Below are positions 10,162 to 20,314 of a stretch of 64,000 nt of DNA, in pieces (the first letter of the stretch is position 1; every line of letters starts with the position of its first letter). The stretch comes from a virus (lineage: Duplodnaviria > Caudoviricetes): IMG/VR virus record IMGVR_UViG_3300048670_001567, positions 30,536 to 94,535 of that record. One strand, given 5' to 3'. The translations under genes were made by a program, and so were the position numbers. The notes beneath the pieces were generated by a model. It did not search any database. It had not been told where the DNA came from and was given only the letters and a program-made list of their open reading frames with translations.

Positions 10162-10711
10162 GATTTACCACCACCAGTTGTGCGTAACTCACACTATGCG
10201 ACCTCTTGAAATAATACCCGTCATCCGCAGGTTTGTCCCAGATGGTTTTGGCAACTTCTGACCAGGGACGACCAATCAGGTGCCGTTTGGCTGGGCGTAT
10301 CACAGCCAAAAACATAGCCAGTCTGGGTATACTGTCCACAGGCTCGGGCATCTTGAGCAGTGTTTCATAATGATTGTTGATGTGCACCAGTTGTTGACAT
10401 ATTTCAGGATCGTAGAGTCGGGCCCAGTCGGGTTCCCGCATCAGCTCAATCAGATGTTCTTCGCTTCGCACTTGCCGATAGACGTGAACATTCAACAAGT
10501 CCAATTTGATGTATCCACGCTGCTCGGCTATCTGATAATCCAGACTCGCACACCCTGAAAAGGGGTCCACAGGTATCTGTGTGGCATACACTCCGGTATT
10601 GTGTTTGACAAGTTTACCATCGCGCAATTGACTGGCAGGGATCACATCCAAAACATCTATCAACTGTTGTCTGTCAGCCAGATCTATATCAATGTCCGAA
10701 TTAAATTTCAT
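10136..10711 (-). CDS. miniature DNA polymerase III alpha (DnaE) core-like protein
   Basis: DIDID, KHNTGVY, YIKLDLL, IRP and YYFKRSHSVSYA motifs in DnaE order within 191 aa. Confidence 0.8.
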   Translation of the reverse strand: MKFNSDIDIDLADRQQLIDVLDVIPASQLRDGKLVKHNTGVYATQIPVDPFSGCASLDYQIAEQRGYIKLDLLNVHVYRQVRSEEHLIELMREPDWARLYDPEICQQLVHINNHYETLLKMPEPVDSIPRLAMFLAVIRPAKRHLIGRPWSEVAKTIWDKPADDGYYFKRSHSVSYAQLVVVNLNLLCEQV

Positions 10712-12164
10712 TTCTATGACAATCCAAGTCCGGTATATAATCCATTAGTCGCAATCCTCTGGAATTATCTAGCAAATCATTAAACTCAAAAAACTTTTTC
10801 AAAGTATTTGCATTAATTTGATTGGTATTAAATGTTTTAATCAAACCATCAACAAATGTTTCTAATAGTTTGGTATTTTTGTAACATTTTAAATCCTGAA
10901 TTTTAATTAATTCCCCCAAAATCAATTCACTGTCAGGAAAATTAAATGGGGAGAATATGTCATCTGACGATTCCGCTAATTGACAATGTATTAATCCTGA
11001 AGGATAATTATGTTCTAAAAATGACAGTATTTTATATAATGAAGAAATATTATAAATTGACACAGTTATATTAAACGATAAACTATGTCCGGATTCAACA
11101 ATCCAATTAATATTATCGCAAATGTTTTTCCAATTTGATGGCCACCTTACATAATAATTTAGTTCATCAACTCCATCAACACTTACAATAAAGCATACAT
11201 TTGAAAATTTGCTAATTTGATCTTTAAATTTCTTAGAAAACTTGTGAGCATTGGTGTTAATCATCAGTTCAAAATCGGTATTTTCTTGCCCAATACAATG
11301 ATCTAGAAACCGATAAAACTCAGCCATCGCAGTTGGTTCACCGCCAGCCACATACATTTTAAATAAATTATCAAAATCCACAAAATCAAAGTCAGTGTAG
11401 GTAGGTGTTGGAATTTCTGTTGGTATTAATTTCAGTAATTTATACTCTTGTTCAATCTGGTTGCTGGACGTTGGTCCACAGGTTCTGCACAGCAAATTGC
11501 ATACGTTACTAGCACGAACTTCGTAGTAGGCAGGTTTGGTAATTTTAAGCAGATCGTCAATGGATTTTAAATTGAGTCTGTTGGCCCATTCAACAGTTTC
11601 TTGTTGTCTGGCACTTCGCATCCCCAGTTCCTCAATTCGATAGCAGGCAGAACAATGCTCAGGCAACCGGCTGCCTTCAATCATATGTTGTCTGATGTGT
11701 TGATATTCGGGATTGTTATGAAAATCCAACCCCCGCAAAGGTGCTACTGGAGTTGCAGAACGGCAGCAAACAGTGGTATTCCCGTTGTTGACTAGCAATT
11801 CAATAAAAGGAAAAATACAAAAACTTGTATTTTGATCCACTAGATTTTCAAAAAAACTAACATCGGTCATATAGGACTTGTCTAAAAATTCAGCATTTAC
11901 CTCTTGCCCAACACTGACAGTTACATAAAATGCGTCTGGGTGGTTGTATTGTTCTTTTGGTTGATCTAATACAATAATCTTATCAAACTTTTCTGAAATA
12001 TCAATAAGTTCTGCTCGAGACAAATCAAATAGACTAGTTTGATAAAACCCATCACAAATTTCCTGATCAACACTACTTAGAAGTCCCCGATATTGTGTCC
12101 CAGATAACTGCTGCGTTTTAATTTCAGTGTCTATGGTATTATTTCCAATACACAAAACTTTCAT
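10701..12164 (-). CDS. radical SAM protein with twitch/SPASM-like domain
   Basis: CNLLCRTC (CxxxCxxC), GGEP, N-terminal C..PF..CC..CSAC; likely start MKVLC. Confidence 0.88.
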   Translation of the reverse strand: MKVLCIGNNTIDTEIKTQQLSGTQYRGLLSSVDQEICDGFYQTSLFDLSRAELIDISEKFDKIIVLDQPKEQYNHPDAFYVTVSVGQEVNAEFLDKSYMTDVSFFENLVDQNTSFCIFPFIELLVNNGNTTVCCRSATPVAPLRGLDFHNNPEYQHIRQHMIEGSRLPEHCSACYRIEELGMRSARQQETVEWANRLNLKSIDDLLKITKPAYYEVRASNVCNLLCRTCGPTSSNQIEQEYKLLKLIPTEIPTPTYTDFDFVDFDNLFKMYVAGGEPTAMAEFYRFLDHCIGQENTDFELMINTNAHKFSKKFKDQISKFSNVCFIVSVDGVDELNYYVRWPSNWKNICDNINWIVESGHSLSFNITVSIYNISSLYKILSFLEHNYPSGLIHCQLAESSDDIFSPFNFPDSELILGELIKIQDLKCYKNTKLLETFVDGLIKTFNTNQINANTLKKFFEFNDLLDNSRGLRLMDYIPDLDCHRNEI

Positions 12165-12853
12165 AAACCTGCCTCTCTCAATATCAATTTGACCCATTCA
12201 GTGTCTGCCACATAATCTTTGAACTTACGCTGCCAGAAGTCGGGATCTATCCAGGGCAGAATAATGGAGATATTTTCCTCGTTGAGTGTTTCCAGAAACT
12301 CCACGCCACTGGCACAATTATAAACAATCCAGGGACTGACACGACCATTGCTGATATGATGGCAAATACGATTGGCATTGCCATATCTGAAATAATCGTT
12401 GAAATTTGCTAGTGTTTGCACTTCATCTGCATAACTTTGCATCTCCATGAGTGCACGTTCTACTGCATCCTGAACTGCTTCGCGACGCATATATTGGTGC
12501 AGGTATTCCACATAGATGCTTTCTTTACACCAGTGATCTAGCTTTTTGTTTTCCCGAATAACCCAGTCTATAAATGCGCCAGAATTAACTGCTCGGATAG
12601 CAACCAGGTGGCGTCCAAATTTTACAAATGCCGTGTAGTAGGAACTGGCTACAAAATCCTCATAGCTCTTGAGTTTGGCAGATCCTTGTGTGACTTCGTA
12701 AAATCGCAGGTAGGCCCTGAAGCCCAGTTGAACTCCCACCTCTTTTTCCTGCTGCCATCTGCGTTTGGTTTCGCAAATGTGTGCGGCCAGAGTGCTTTCT
12801 CGTCGGAATTCTTTGTGACAATAGATACATTTATATGCTTTTATTTCGCTCAT
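12161..12853 (-). CDS. C2H2-type Zn-finger conserved phage protein
   Basis: N-terminal YKCIYCHKEF...LAAHIC. Confidence 0.7.
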   Translation of the reverse strand: MSEIKAYKCIYCHKEFRRESTLAAHICETKRRWQQEKEVGVQLGFRAYLRFYEVTQGSAKLKSYEDFVASSYYTAFVKFGRHLVAIRAVNSGAFIDWVIRENKKLDHWCKESIYVEYLHQYMRREAVQDAVERALMEMQSYADEVQTLANFNDYFRYGNANRICHHISNGRVSPWIVYNCASGVEFLETLNEENISIILPWIDPDFWQRKFKDYVADTEWVKLILREAGL

Positions 12854-13677
12854 AAATTATAAGCTTCAATGATTTCTCTGGTGTTAGTCCAATAATCATT
12901 TTTAAGTTTCACATTTACATCGTACGTTGAAACTAACCAATTGTCAATCCATGCTTGTTTTATAAAATTTTCTGAATTAAATTCGTAATTTTGTTTACTA
13001 ACAATCGATTGAGTGATTAAATCAATATCTTTATCAATATTCCTATATCGATTGTTTTTTTTGAATGCGGAAAGATACTCAGTTATATTTGCAACAGGGA
13101 ATATTGGTAAATTAAATTTATGCAATATCAATTTACACTGCTCTAACAATAGTTCATCATTATAAAAACATTCAAAATTCAAAAAATAATCGGCTGAAGG
13201 ATATTTTGTTGGATTGGTGAATTTTTTTATAGTTGCACCATTGTTACCAAAAAAACACAACCTGGCCCATTCCCTTAGGTATTTAATTTCAACATCACCA
13301 GAACTAATTCCAGACACAGTTTTTAGAGATGGCAAAAAATGGGAAAATATTCTGTGATGTTTAATTTTATCAAAAGTGTCTTGATGTAATTCTTCTAAAA
13401 TAATGTTTATGCCTGATGTTCGATTAAAACACACTGCAATATATTTCATGTAGGAACAAGGAGTTATTCTGATATTAATAATCTCATCACACGACGAGGA
13501 CAAATAATCCATTCGATGCGTTGCTTCAAAAATCTTTGGCGGCTGGTAGGCAACTCCATCATAGACATGGCAATTGTCAGTAATTGGATTGGACTCAAGC
13601 TGCAGACCACTGAATAAGTTCAATAGCATTTCTAAAAACTTGCCATGACTGCCACTAGAGTATAAAATCCCAATCAT
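12850..13677 (-). CDS. AT-rich hypothetical protein, sulfotransferase-like
   Basis: N-terminal YSSGSHGKFL P-loop-like motif. Confidence 0.4.
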   Translation of the reverse strand: MIGILYSSGSHGKFLEMLLNLFSGLQLESNPITDNCHVYDGVAYQPPKIFEATHRMDYLSSSCDEIINIRITPCSYMKYIAVCFNRTSGINIILEELHQDTFDKIKHHRIFSHFLPSLKTVSGISSGDVEIKYLREWARLCFFGNNGATIKKFTNPTKYPSADYFLNFECFYNDELLLEQCKLILHKFNLPIFPVANITEYLSAFKKNNRYRNIDKDIDLITQSIVSKQNYEFNSENFIKQAWIDNWLVSTYDVNVKLKNDYWTNTREIIEAYNL

Positions 13678-14144
13678 TATAATTCTAATTTGATTTGCTT
13701 GTCGTCGAGTCCAAGGTTTCGTGCCAGGCTGTCAATATCTCGTTTATCATTAATTTTTGCCAGCAATTCTATTTCATCAGATTTCATGTTGGGATAGAAT
13801 TTAGCCAAGAACTTACTGGCTTTGTTGTTGCCTTCTTTCTTTTTGGTGCCCAACCAATAGTGCCGTTGACGACCCATGCCAGGGCCAACACTGGTACATA
13901 GCAACCACTGTAATTTGGGATGACGGCCAATGTCAAAGAAGTTAATGTTGACTCGTTCATTGGTTGCTCGCAAATACCATTCCTGTAAATCTGCACTGCC
14001 TTCCACACTGGCACCATAACGCAGCATCAGGTAAGTGGAAAACTTTTTGCGTTCTTCATCAGTAAACTTGTCATAATAAGCACGATCTTTGCGATCGAAC
14101 GCCGCCATTTCGTTGCCAATGTACAGAGGATCTGTGTTGCTCAT
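13677..14144 (-). CDS. probable clamp loader small subunit (T4 gp62-like)
   Basis: size, replication context and motif pattern; resemblance only. Confidence 0.45.
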   Translation of the reverse strand: MSNTDPLYIGNEMAAFDRKDRAYYDKFTDEERKKFSTYLMLRYGASVEGSADLQEWYLRATNERVNINFFDIGRHPKLQWLLCTSVGPGMGRQRHYWLGTKKKEGNNKASKFLAKFYPNMKSDEIELLAKINDKRDIDSLARNLGLDDKQIKLEL

Positions 14145-14392
14145 GATCTGCGCCTTATAAATTCTAACAGCATGGCGATACTGCTTTGCATGTCTCGGAC
14201 CTGACTCTGCAGACGATGAATCTCTGTATCTTGTTTCCTGACTTGTAATTCCAGATCCATCATGCTGGCAGTGGTTTCTTTGATCTTCTTTTCATGACTA
14301 AACAGGTTGGGACGAGGGATATCGGGATTTGCCGCTCGCTTTTTCTTCCGGTTAAACTGTGCTGGATTAAAGGCCATCTGTGTGGGTCTCAC
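14141..14392 (-). CDS. small coiled-coil hypothetical protein
   Basis: ORF in operon. Confidence 0.6.
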   Translation of the reverse strand: MRPTQMAFNPAQFNRKKKRAANPDIPRPNLFSHEKKIKETTASMMDLELQVRKQDTEIHRLQSQVRDMQSSIAMLLEFIRRRS

Positions 14393-14636
14393 TTAACTTA
14401 TATATCATGATACACTGATCCAGGGCAGCTTGTAAAGTTGGGTTGGTCTGGGCAGCCAGCCTTATGTCATGCCAGAGTTGATTTTGTCGCAACTGATCCA
14501 CCCGGTTTCGGGCATCATCACTGACACTGTACAGAGTACGCTGGGCACCACCAGCTTGACGAGCGTAGACGGTCTCGCCACCATCTGGCGATTCATATAC
14601 TATATATTCACTGATGTGTTGTACCGGTCCTACCAT
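14367..14636 (-). CDS. conserved small phage protein
   Basis: YESPDGGETVYAR motif. Confidence 0.7.
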   Translation of the reverse strand: MVGPVQHISEYIVYESPDGGETVYARQAGGAQRTLYSVSDDARNRVDQLRQNQLWHDIRLAAQTNPTLQAALDQCIMIYKLSETHTDGL

Positions 14637-15130
14637 ATCTTACCATAATTCACAATTTCGCTCTGTCTGCTAATGTCTTTGACGAAGTATGCACACAAGG
14701 GACTGGGACCATTATTCAAGGGCACAGCCAGCATCTGACCAGGTTTGAGTTTGGGAAAATACCATCGGACATCCTGATAGATGTCAACGATTTCCACTGG
14801 ATGAAACTCGGGTTTAAAACTATTCAGAGGGTTGAATGTGAATGCACTGAAACCACGATCATTGATGGATGTCAGTGGTATTACCTCCAGATCACCAAAC
14901 TCTTGTTCACCAATCAGCAACTGCCAGTCCACTGGCATCCGGATGATATTGCCACCAATGTTCAGCACCAGTGCCGGACCATTGAAACTTTCCAGGAATA
15001 TCAGAGGGATAAAAAAATAGTCGGGATTTTTTGGGTCACTGTTGTCTAAAATAGCAAACCGCAGGTCATCCACCTCGTCTGGTATTTCATTCATTTCAAA
15101 TGCCTGATTTTCTAAAGTCAATATCATCAT
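14630..15130 (-). CDS. conserved hypothetical phage protein
   Basis: 166 aa, directly after UvsW. Confidence 0.75.
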   Translation of the reverse strand: MMILTLENQAFEMNEIPDEVDDLRFAILDNSDPKNPDYFFIPLIFLESFNGPALVLNIGGNIIRMPVDWQLLIGEQEFGDLEVIPLTSINDRGFSAFTFNPLNSFKPEFHPVEIVDIYQDVRWYFPKLKPGQMLAVPLNNGPSPLCAYFVKDISRQSEIVNYGKIW

Positions 15131-15133
15131 TGG

Positions 15134-16591
15134 TTATTGCCACTCCACTCGTTCTTGGGCATAAGGATAATTAGCATCCTTATAGAACTGTTTACGTTTG
15201 GTTAAATGCCGTTTGGCAAACTTACAGGTACTGGTCACATCCCAGATCTGGACAAAGTCCTTGTCTTCCGCCTTGCGAATGCCGCGACCGATGCTCTGGA
15301 TGACCCTGACAAAGCTCTTGCCAGGCTCCACAAGTACAAGGTTGAATATGCGAGGAATATTAATGCCAACAGCAGCCACACCATAAGTGGCCACAATAAC
15401 TTTGTCATCACTGACTGCGACTTCTTCATACTGCTCTTTTCTGTCATCCGACTTTGTGCTGCCCGAAACAAATACTGCATCCTTTATCTTCTCCACCAAC
15501 AGTTGCCCTGGTGCAATTCTGTCCACCAGGACCAGGGTATTGCCTGTCTTGCGCAGAGACTCCACCAGTCTGGCAATGTACTCCATTCGACCGTCGGTCT
15601 CTAACAAGTATTTAAGCTCGGACTGATAATCTCGATATTCCACATGATCCACCAGTTGCAATATGTTGACATGACAGTTGGCCAGCACGCCCTGGTCTTG
15701 CAGTTCACTGGCACTGAGTCTGCCTATGACTTCACCCAGGCTGCAACGCAGACTCATGAACTCATATTCTTCCTTGGGGATGGTACCAGTCAGGCCCCAT
15801 CTGATGGGTATGTGTGCCATGACTCCTGTCAGCAGAGTTTTCAGTGCATCGGCTTTGGCCATGTGGCACTCGTCCACTATCACACACACCACATCCTGCA
15901 GGAACTCTGTGATGGTGATGTCCACTTCATGATTTCTGGACCCTTTGAGCAGAATGTTCAGACTCTGCCAGGTACAGATGGTGTGAGTGTGCCCAAACTC
16001 TTTGCGATCACCAAAGTAGACGCCCACATCCAGGCCCATGTTGCGATAATCTGCTTCAGTCTGAGTCACCAGGCTCTTGTTGGGCACGATAACCACTGTG
16101 CGACCATGCGGCTCACAACTGTGACTCAACACTGCTGTCATGATGGTTTTACCAGCACCAGTGGCCACTTCCTGCAGACACTGAGGATTTTCCAGAAATC
16201 TGTTGATGATTTCCACCTGATAATCTCGCAACAGTATGGGCTGGCCAGCTGCTGGATGTTTTTCTGGCCAGACTCGATCAGCATAGCTCTGCTCGGTGAC
16301 CTGTGCGAATTCAAATTGTGTGGAATAGTCGCGTAGATCCTGGACTTCAATATCATATCCACGCTCTTCCAGATAGGACAAGATTTCCGGCAGCAGGTTG
16401 ATATAAGTGCTGCCACCCAACTGAAAAAATCCAATCTTACCATCCCAACGCCCCAGTCTGACTGCAGGCAAGTATCTGGCACCAGGAATGTCATACTTGA
16501 ACTTGTTGCTCAGAGTCTTGCGTTCAGTCAATTCAAGACCTTCGATCTTGATGTTAACTTCGTCTCGGATAATCAGTCTGGCTATGGCCAT
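15134..16591 (-). CDS. uvsW: UvsW-like SF2 helicase
   Basis: LRDYQ, ATGAGKT, DECH, GLTGT, QSIGRGIR and N-terminal WDGKI motifs. Confidence 0.93.
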   Translation of the reverse strand: MAIARLIIRDEVNIKIEGLELTERKTLSNKFKYDIPGARYLPAVRLGRWDGKIGFFQLGGSTYINLLPEILSYLEERGYDIEVQDLRDYSTQFEFAQVTEQSYADRVWPEKHPAAGQPILLRDYQVEIINRFLENPQCLQEVATGAGKTIMTAVLSHSCEPHGRTVVIVPNKSLVTQTEADYRNMGLDVGVYFGDRKEFGHTHTICTWQSLNILLKGSRNHEVDITITEFLQDVVCVIVDECHMAKADALKTLLTGVMAHIPIRWGLTGTIPKEEYEFMSLRCSLGEVIGRLSASELQDQGVLANCHVNILQLVDHVEYRDYQSELKYLLETDGRMEYIARLVESLRKTGNTLVLVDRIAPGQLLVEKIKDAVFVSGSTKSDDRKEQYEEVAVSDDKVIVATYGVAAVGINIPRIFNLVLVEPGKSFVRVIQSIGRGIRKAEDKDFVQIWDVTSTCKFAKRHLTKRKQFYKDANYPYAQERVEWQ

Positions 16592-17718
16592 TAATGTGTC
16601 GCTCTCAATTTACCATCACTAAAGTAGACAATTTTTTCTGCCCGACTAATCCAATTCAATTTGCGGCCGCCATACATCATCTCCACGGTGCTGGCCAGCA
16701 AGGGGATAGGATGCTGCCAATTGTCAGGAATTTTTCTAGCATAGACTATTTTAACATCTCCAATGTCATAGTGCAAACGATCGGGTCGGCCATTCTGATC
16801 AAACATCAGTATTTCTTCTGAAGAAAACCCGCTGAGGTCCAAATCAAACAATTTGGGATCATAGATGCAAATGGGGTATCGATCAGTCAGTCGGGCATAT
16901 TCAAATAACCATGACATCATGTCGGATTCCGGCGATAGATATGTGATGTGTCGGGTGCCCATGTGCACCAATGCCGGACCGTAATGCTGCTGGCAGTATT
17001 CCAGAATGTCAGCCGACACTGTGTAACCCAATACCCCAGCATGGTCCACCAATTTTATTAAATCATTGCCCAGGTGTTGATCAATATAGGCCTGCAGAGT
17101 ATCAGCAGCATGGGTGACCTGATAAGTATCACCTGTTCGCACCAATTGAATGTCATAGGGTTGCTTTTCTGCCTGCAGGATCTGATCAAACAGGGTCAGA
17201 ACCTCTGGACCGACATCAAATCCCCGGGGTAGGGCCCAGACCACCAACCAATTGATATTCCACTCAGTGACAGCACAGTGCCAGACTTTTAAATCGTGGT
17301 GCCATTCCATTCGGCCCTGACTTGTTTCTTTGAACTTGCGTAGATCTGTGACCATCTGCACATCGTAGGGAAACCTGATTTTAACAATGCCGTCTTCCAG
17401 ATAGATCATTTTAGTTCGGTCAATGGTTCTGACCGGCAGTCTAAAACTGGGTGTTTCAACCGGAGCAACATCTATATTAAATTTGGCAAACTGCCGACGA
17501 TATTTGAGTATGAGCTTGACCGCCAGATCAGCCTGACGGTCTGTCAGTGGTATGCCACTCAAGACCTGCCAGCTCATGTTGTTGACAATCTGTACATCAT
17601 ACCTGGCCAATTTGATAGTCACACGATTGGCGGTTGGTGTAATTGCCGTGGCCAGCCAGGTCCAATCGTCATCGGACAGCAATCCCAGATAATCTTCAAC
17701 GTAGGGAAATGTCTGCAT
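16591..17718 (-). CDS. conserved hypothetical protein with possible HARP-like segment
   Basis: 375 aa; IRFPYD...W...KVW segment; sigma70 promoter upstream. Confidence 0.6.
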   Translation of the reverse strand: MQTFPYVEDYLGLLSDDDWTWLATAITPTANRVTIKLARYDVQIVNNMSWQVLSGIPLTDRQADLAVKLILKYRRQFAKFNIDVAPVETPSFRLPVRTIDRTKMIYLEDGIVKIRFPYDVQMVTDLRKFKETSQGRMEWHHDLKVWHCAVTEWNINWLVVWALPRGFDVGPEVLTLFDQILQAEKQPYDIQLVRTGDTYQVTHAADTLQAYIDQHLGNDLIKLVDHAGVLGYTVSADILEYCQQHYGPALVHMGTRHITYLSPESDMMSWLFEYARLTDRYPICIYDPKLFDLDLSGFSSEEILMFDQNGRPDRLHYDIGDVKIVYARKIPDNWQHPIPLLASTVEMMYGGRKLNWISRAEKIVYFSDGKLRATH

Positions 17719-17759
17719 TCAAATATTATACAGCGAGGAAAATATTTGTGCAATATCTT

Positions 17760-18218
17760 CTAACAAATAAAAAGTCACTGAAGTCAATCCGCACCAAATC
17801 GCAATGCATTGACAGAAAATAGATAATAAAAATCTTAGCCGGCACTTCATTCAATCAAAGTGTATTTAAAAAGTATAAGAACACAACCAATAACATACCC
17901 AGGCAAACAAATTTAACATGATTGACCACCAGCAGCATAGGTTAGTTTTACTACAAGTGGACTGAGTGGGGATTGATATTTGAAAGGAAAAAAATTGTGT
18001 GAAGGTGTAATTTCTCATTTTTCAATGTCAAAAATGTATGAAAAATACAATATGATAAGTAGTATCTGGAAAATTATAAAAGCTCTTGGGATCGTCCTAG
18101 GACTAAATAAATAGGTCTAGTGCTTGATCCATTTTTGTGCCATGCTTGTATCTAGAGGCTTAACTTGTAAGTCATAATCTGTTTTGCCGTTTGTGAGAGT
18201 GATAAATATTTTAGACAT
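17760..18218 (-). pseudogene. degraded AT-rich gene
   Basis: ATG at 18218 gives MSKIFITLTNGKTDYDLQVKPLDTSMAQKWIKH then an early stop; protein-like fragments continue in other frames. Confidence 0.35.
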
Positions 18219-18792
18219 GAACCCTATCTCTGTAAAAATCGAAGTTGAGGGAACTTGGTGCAATCAATGGCCTTGCCTTCGAATTGAAGGCAACAATTCC
18301 ATTTATTTTGATGGAGAGATCGTTGGCAATAAAATCATTAATTTTGTTATACCTGCTAACGATTACAATCAGTTAACGCTGTGTCATTATGGCAAGAGAT
18401 TCGGAGAAAATAATATTTGGGATACTCGAATCAATGAACACAATGTTATCATTGAAGATAGAGCTATTAAATTAGTGGGATTGGAATTTGATCAGGTCAA
18501 CATCATTGAATATCTGTTAACACATTGTTACTTTGTAACTGAATCTGGTGACATTGTCAAAACACATTACTTTGGATTTAACGGATCGCTAATAATTAAT
18601 TTTACTGCCCCAGTCTATGAGTGGATCATAACACAACTAGTAAGACCTAGAGTAAATAAAACACAAGATTTTATATTGGAAACCAGTCACAGCGACTTGT
18701 TTGACTACAGAAATGATCTTAGAGAATTAAAAGAGATCGAACACCTACTGGAAAAACATGCACATTTGTTTAATAAATCTTCCCAGATATGA
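18217..18792 (+). CDS. hypothetical protein
   Basis: likely ATG at 18217 after GATAAATA; overlaps the radical SAM gene. Confidence 0.7.
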   Translation: MNPISVKIEVEGTWCNQWPCLRIEGNNSIYFDGEIVGNKIINFVIPANDYNQLTLCHYGKRFGENNIWDTRINEHNVIIEDRAIKLVGLEFDQVNIIEYLLTHCYFVTESGDIVKTHYFGFNGSLIINFTAPVYEWIITQLVRPRVNKTQDFILETSHSDLFDYRNDLRELKEIEHLLEKHAHLFNKSSQI

Positions 18793-20245
18793 AATTCATC
18801 GGCCACCGTTGAGTTTGGCTATTCTTAGTAGCATATGCGATAGCGAAGGCGTTGATTATAGTTGTTTGGACTTTAGTTTATTAATTTGGCAAAAGTTACC
18901 AGATGATTTTACGAATATTGATAATTTTTGTATAACCAGACGAATTGACAGCAAGGTAAAGGACCGCCTTCAACAGTTGATTGATGACTCGGTTCTAAAG
19001 ATTCTATCACTACATCCCTCTGCAACATTTGCACTAAGTCTGCTCAGTGTATGGAGCCAACCGGTTACTGAGATGGTCTGCAAGAGTATAAAAAAATTTA
19101 GTAATAATGAAGTTTTAATAGGTGGGCAGGGACTAAGTACCGAGTCATGGACTAATGAAATGGTGCGCCAAGGGCTAGTAGATTGTTACATAGTTGGGGA
19201 AGGAGAAATTTCATTTCGACGGTATCTCAAAGGTGATAGAAATTCTCCCGGAATTAATAATTATAACTTTGAGCAGATTGATGATTTGGATCAACATTGT
19301 GTAATTCCCAATTATAGTAAATTGCCATTAACTCAATACCCTTGGCTAGATGATGAGCCGAGTCTGTTTATTACGGCCAGTCGTGGATGTGTGCGCAAAT
19401 GTGGTTATTGCGATGTCGGACATCAGTGGAAAAAATATCGTTATCGTAGTGCACAACACGTGGCATTGGAAATGATTACACAATACGAGCGCCACGGCAT
19501 ACAACAATTCTTTTTTACTGATAGTTTAATCAACGGTAGTATGAAAATGTTAAATGAACTATGTGACAAGTTAATTGAATATAAGAACAGCAATCCCCAC
19601 GCTAATTTTCAGTGGAAGGGGCAGTACATTTTTAGACCCAAGGATCAGGTTAAGGAAACGCATATTAAAAAAATGGCCGATGCCGGAGTTAAATACCTTA
19701 TAGTTGGATTGGAAACCGGCAGTGATAGAGTTCGATTTGATATGGATAAAAAACACACAACCGATGATGCCGACTGGTTTCTTGAAATGTTTAAAAAATA
19801 TGGAATCACTTGTCATTTGTTGATGCTGGGCGGGTGGGTAACTGAAACACTTGAAGATCACCGAGCCACTCTGTCCCTATTTTCTCGTTGGCAAAAATAT
19901 GTGGCTAGCAAAACTGTTATTGGAATTGAATTGGGTTCGACTTTAATGATATTAGACCACAGTCCAGTGGGACAACGTGTTGGCGATCTGGAAATCAATT
20001 TTATTAATGATAAACCATATCTCTGGCAAAGTGGAGCTAATTCAGAGTTGACTATTGCCGAGCGAGTTAGGCGTAGAGTCGAAACACATTATGAAGCCAT
20101 CAAATATCATTGGCCAATTACTCGAGGCCTATATCGGTTAAACACAATCAAAAATAACTTACAAGAGGCGATAGAACATCTGAGTGCAAACTCAACCGCA
20201 ACACCTCGACGAAGTTTTGAAATAAAAAAAGAGGCAACATTTTAG
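18758..20245 (+). CDS. B12-binding radical SAM protein
   Basis: PPLSLA, IGG and VGEGE cobalamin-domain motifs; SRGCVRKCGYC; GLETGS. Confidence 0.9.
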   Translation: MHICLINLPRYEIHRPPLSLAILSSICDSEGVDYSCLDFSLLIWQKLPDDFTNIDNFCITRRIDSKVKDRLQQLIDDSVLKILSLHPSATFALSLLSVWSQPVTEMVCKSIKKFSNNEVLIGGQGLSTESWTNEMVRQGLVDCYIVGEGEISFRRYLKGDRNSPGINNYNFEQIDDLDQHCVIPNYSKLPLTQYPWLDDEPSLFITASRGCVRKCGYCDVGHQWKKYRYRSAQHVALEMITQYERHGIQQFFFTDSLINGSMKMLNELCDKLIEYKNSNPHANFQWKGQYIFRPKDQVKETHIKKMADAGVKYLIVGLETGSDRVRFDMDKKHTTDDADWFLEMFKKYGITCHLLMLGGWVTETLEDHRATLSLFSRWQKYVASKTVIGIELGSTLMILDHSPVGQRVGDLEINFINDKPYLWQSGANSELTIAERVRRRVETHYEAIKYHWPITRGLYRLNTIKNNLQEAIEHLSANSTATPRRSFEIKKEATF

Positions 20246-20314
20246 GGTGCCTCTTAAACAACTCGCCTAGGGTTCAATCTTTGACGAGTTGGATAAACTT
20301 GTTAACCGTAATTT

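Noticed and set aside
15198-16336. Long plus-strand ORFs opposite uvsW, and similar antisense ORFs elsewhere
   Set aside because: Antisense shadows of well-supported genes, with no RBS or motifs
10701-20245. Radical SAM proteins as PqqE for the phage PqqA
   Set aside because: Their architectures (N-terminal twitch-like, B12-binding) differ from PqqE, there is no PqqD, and they lie far from pqqA
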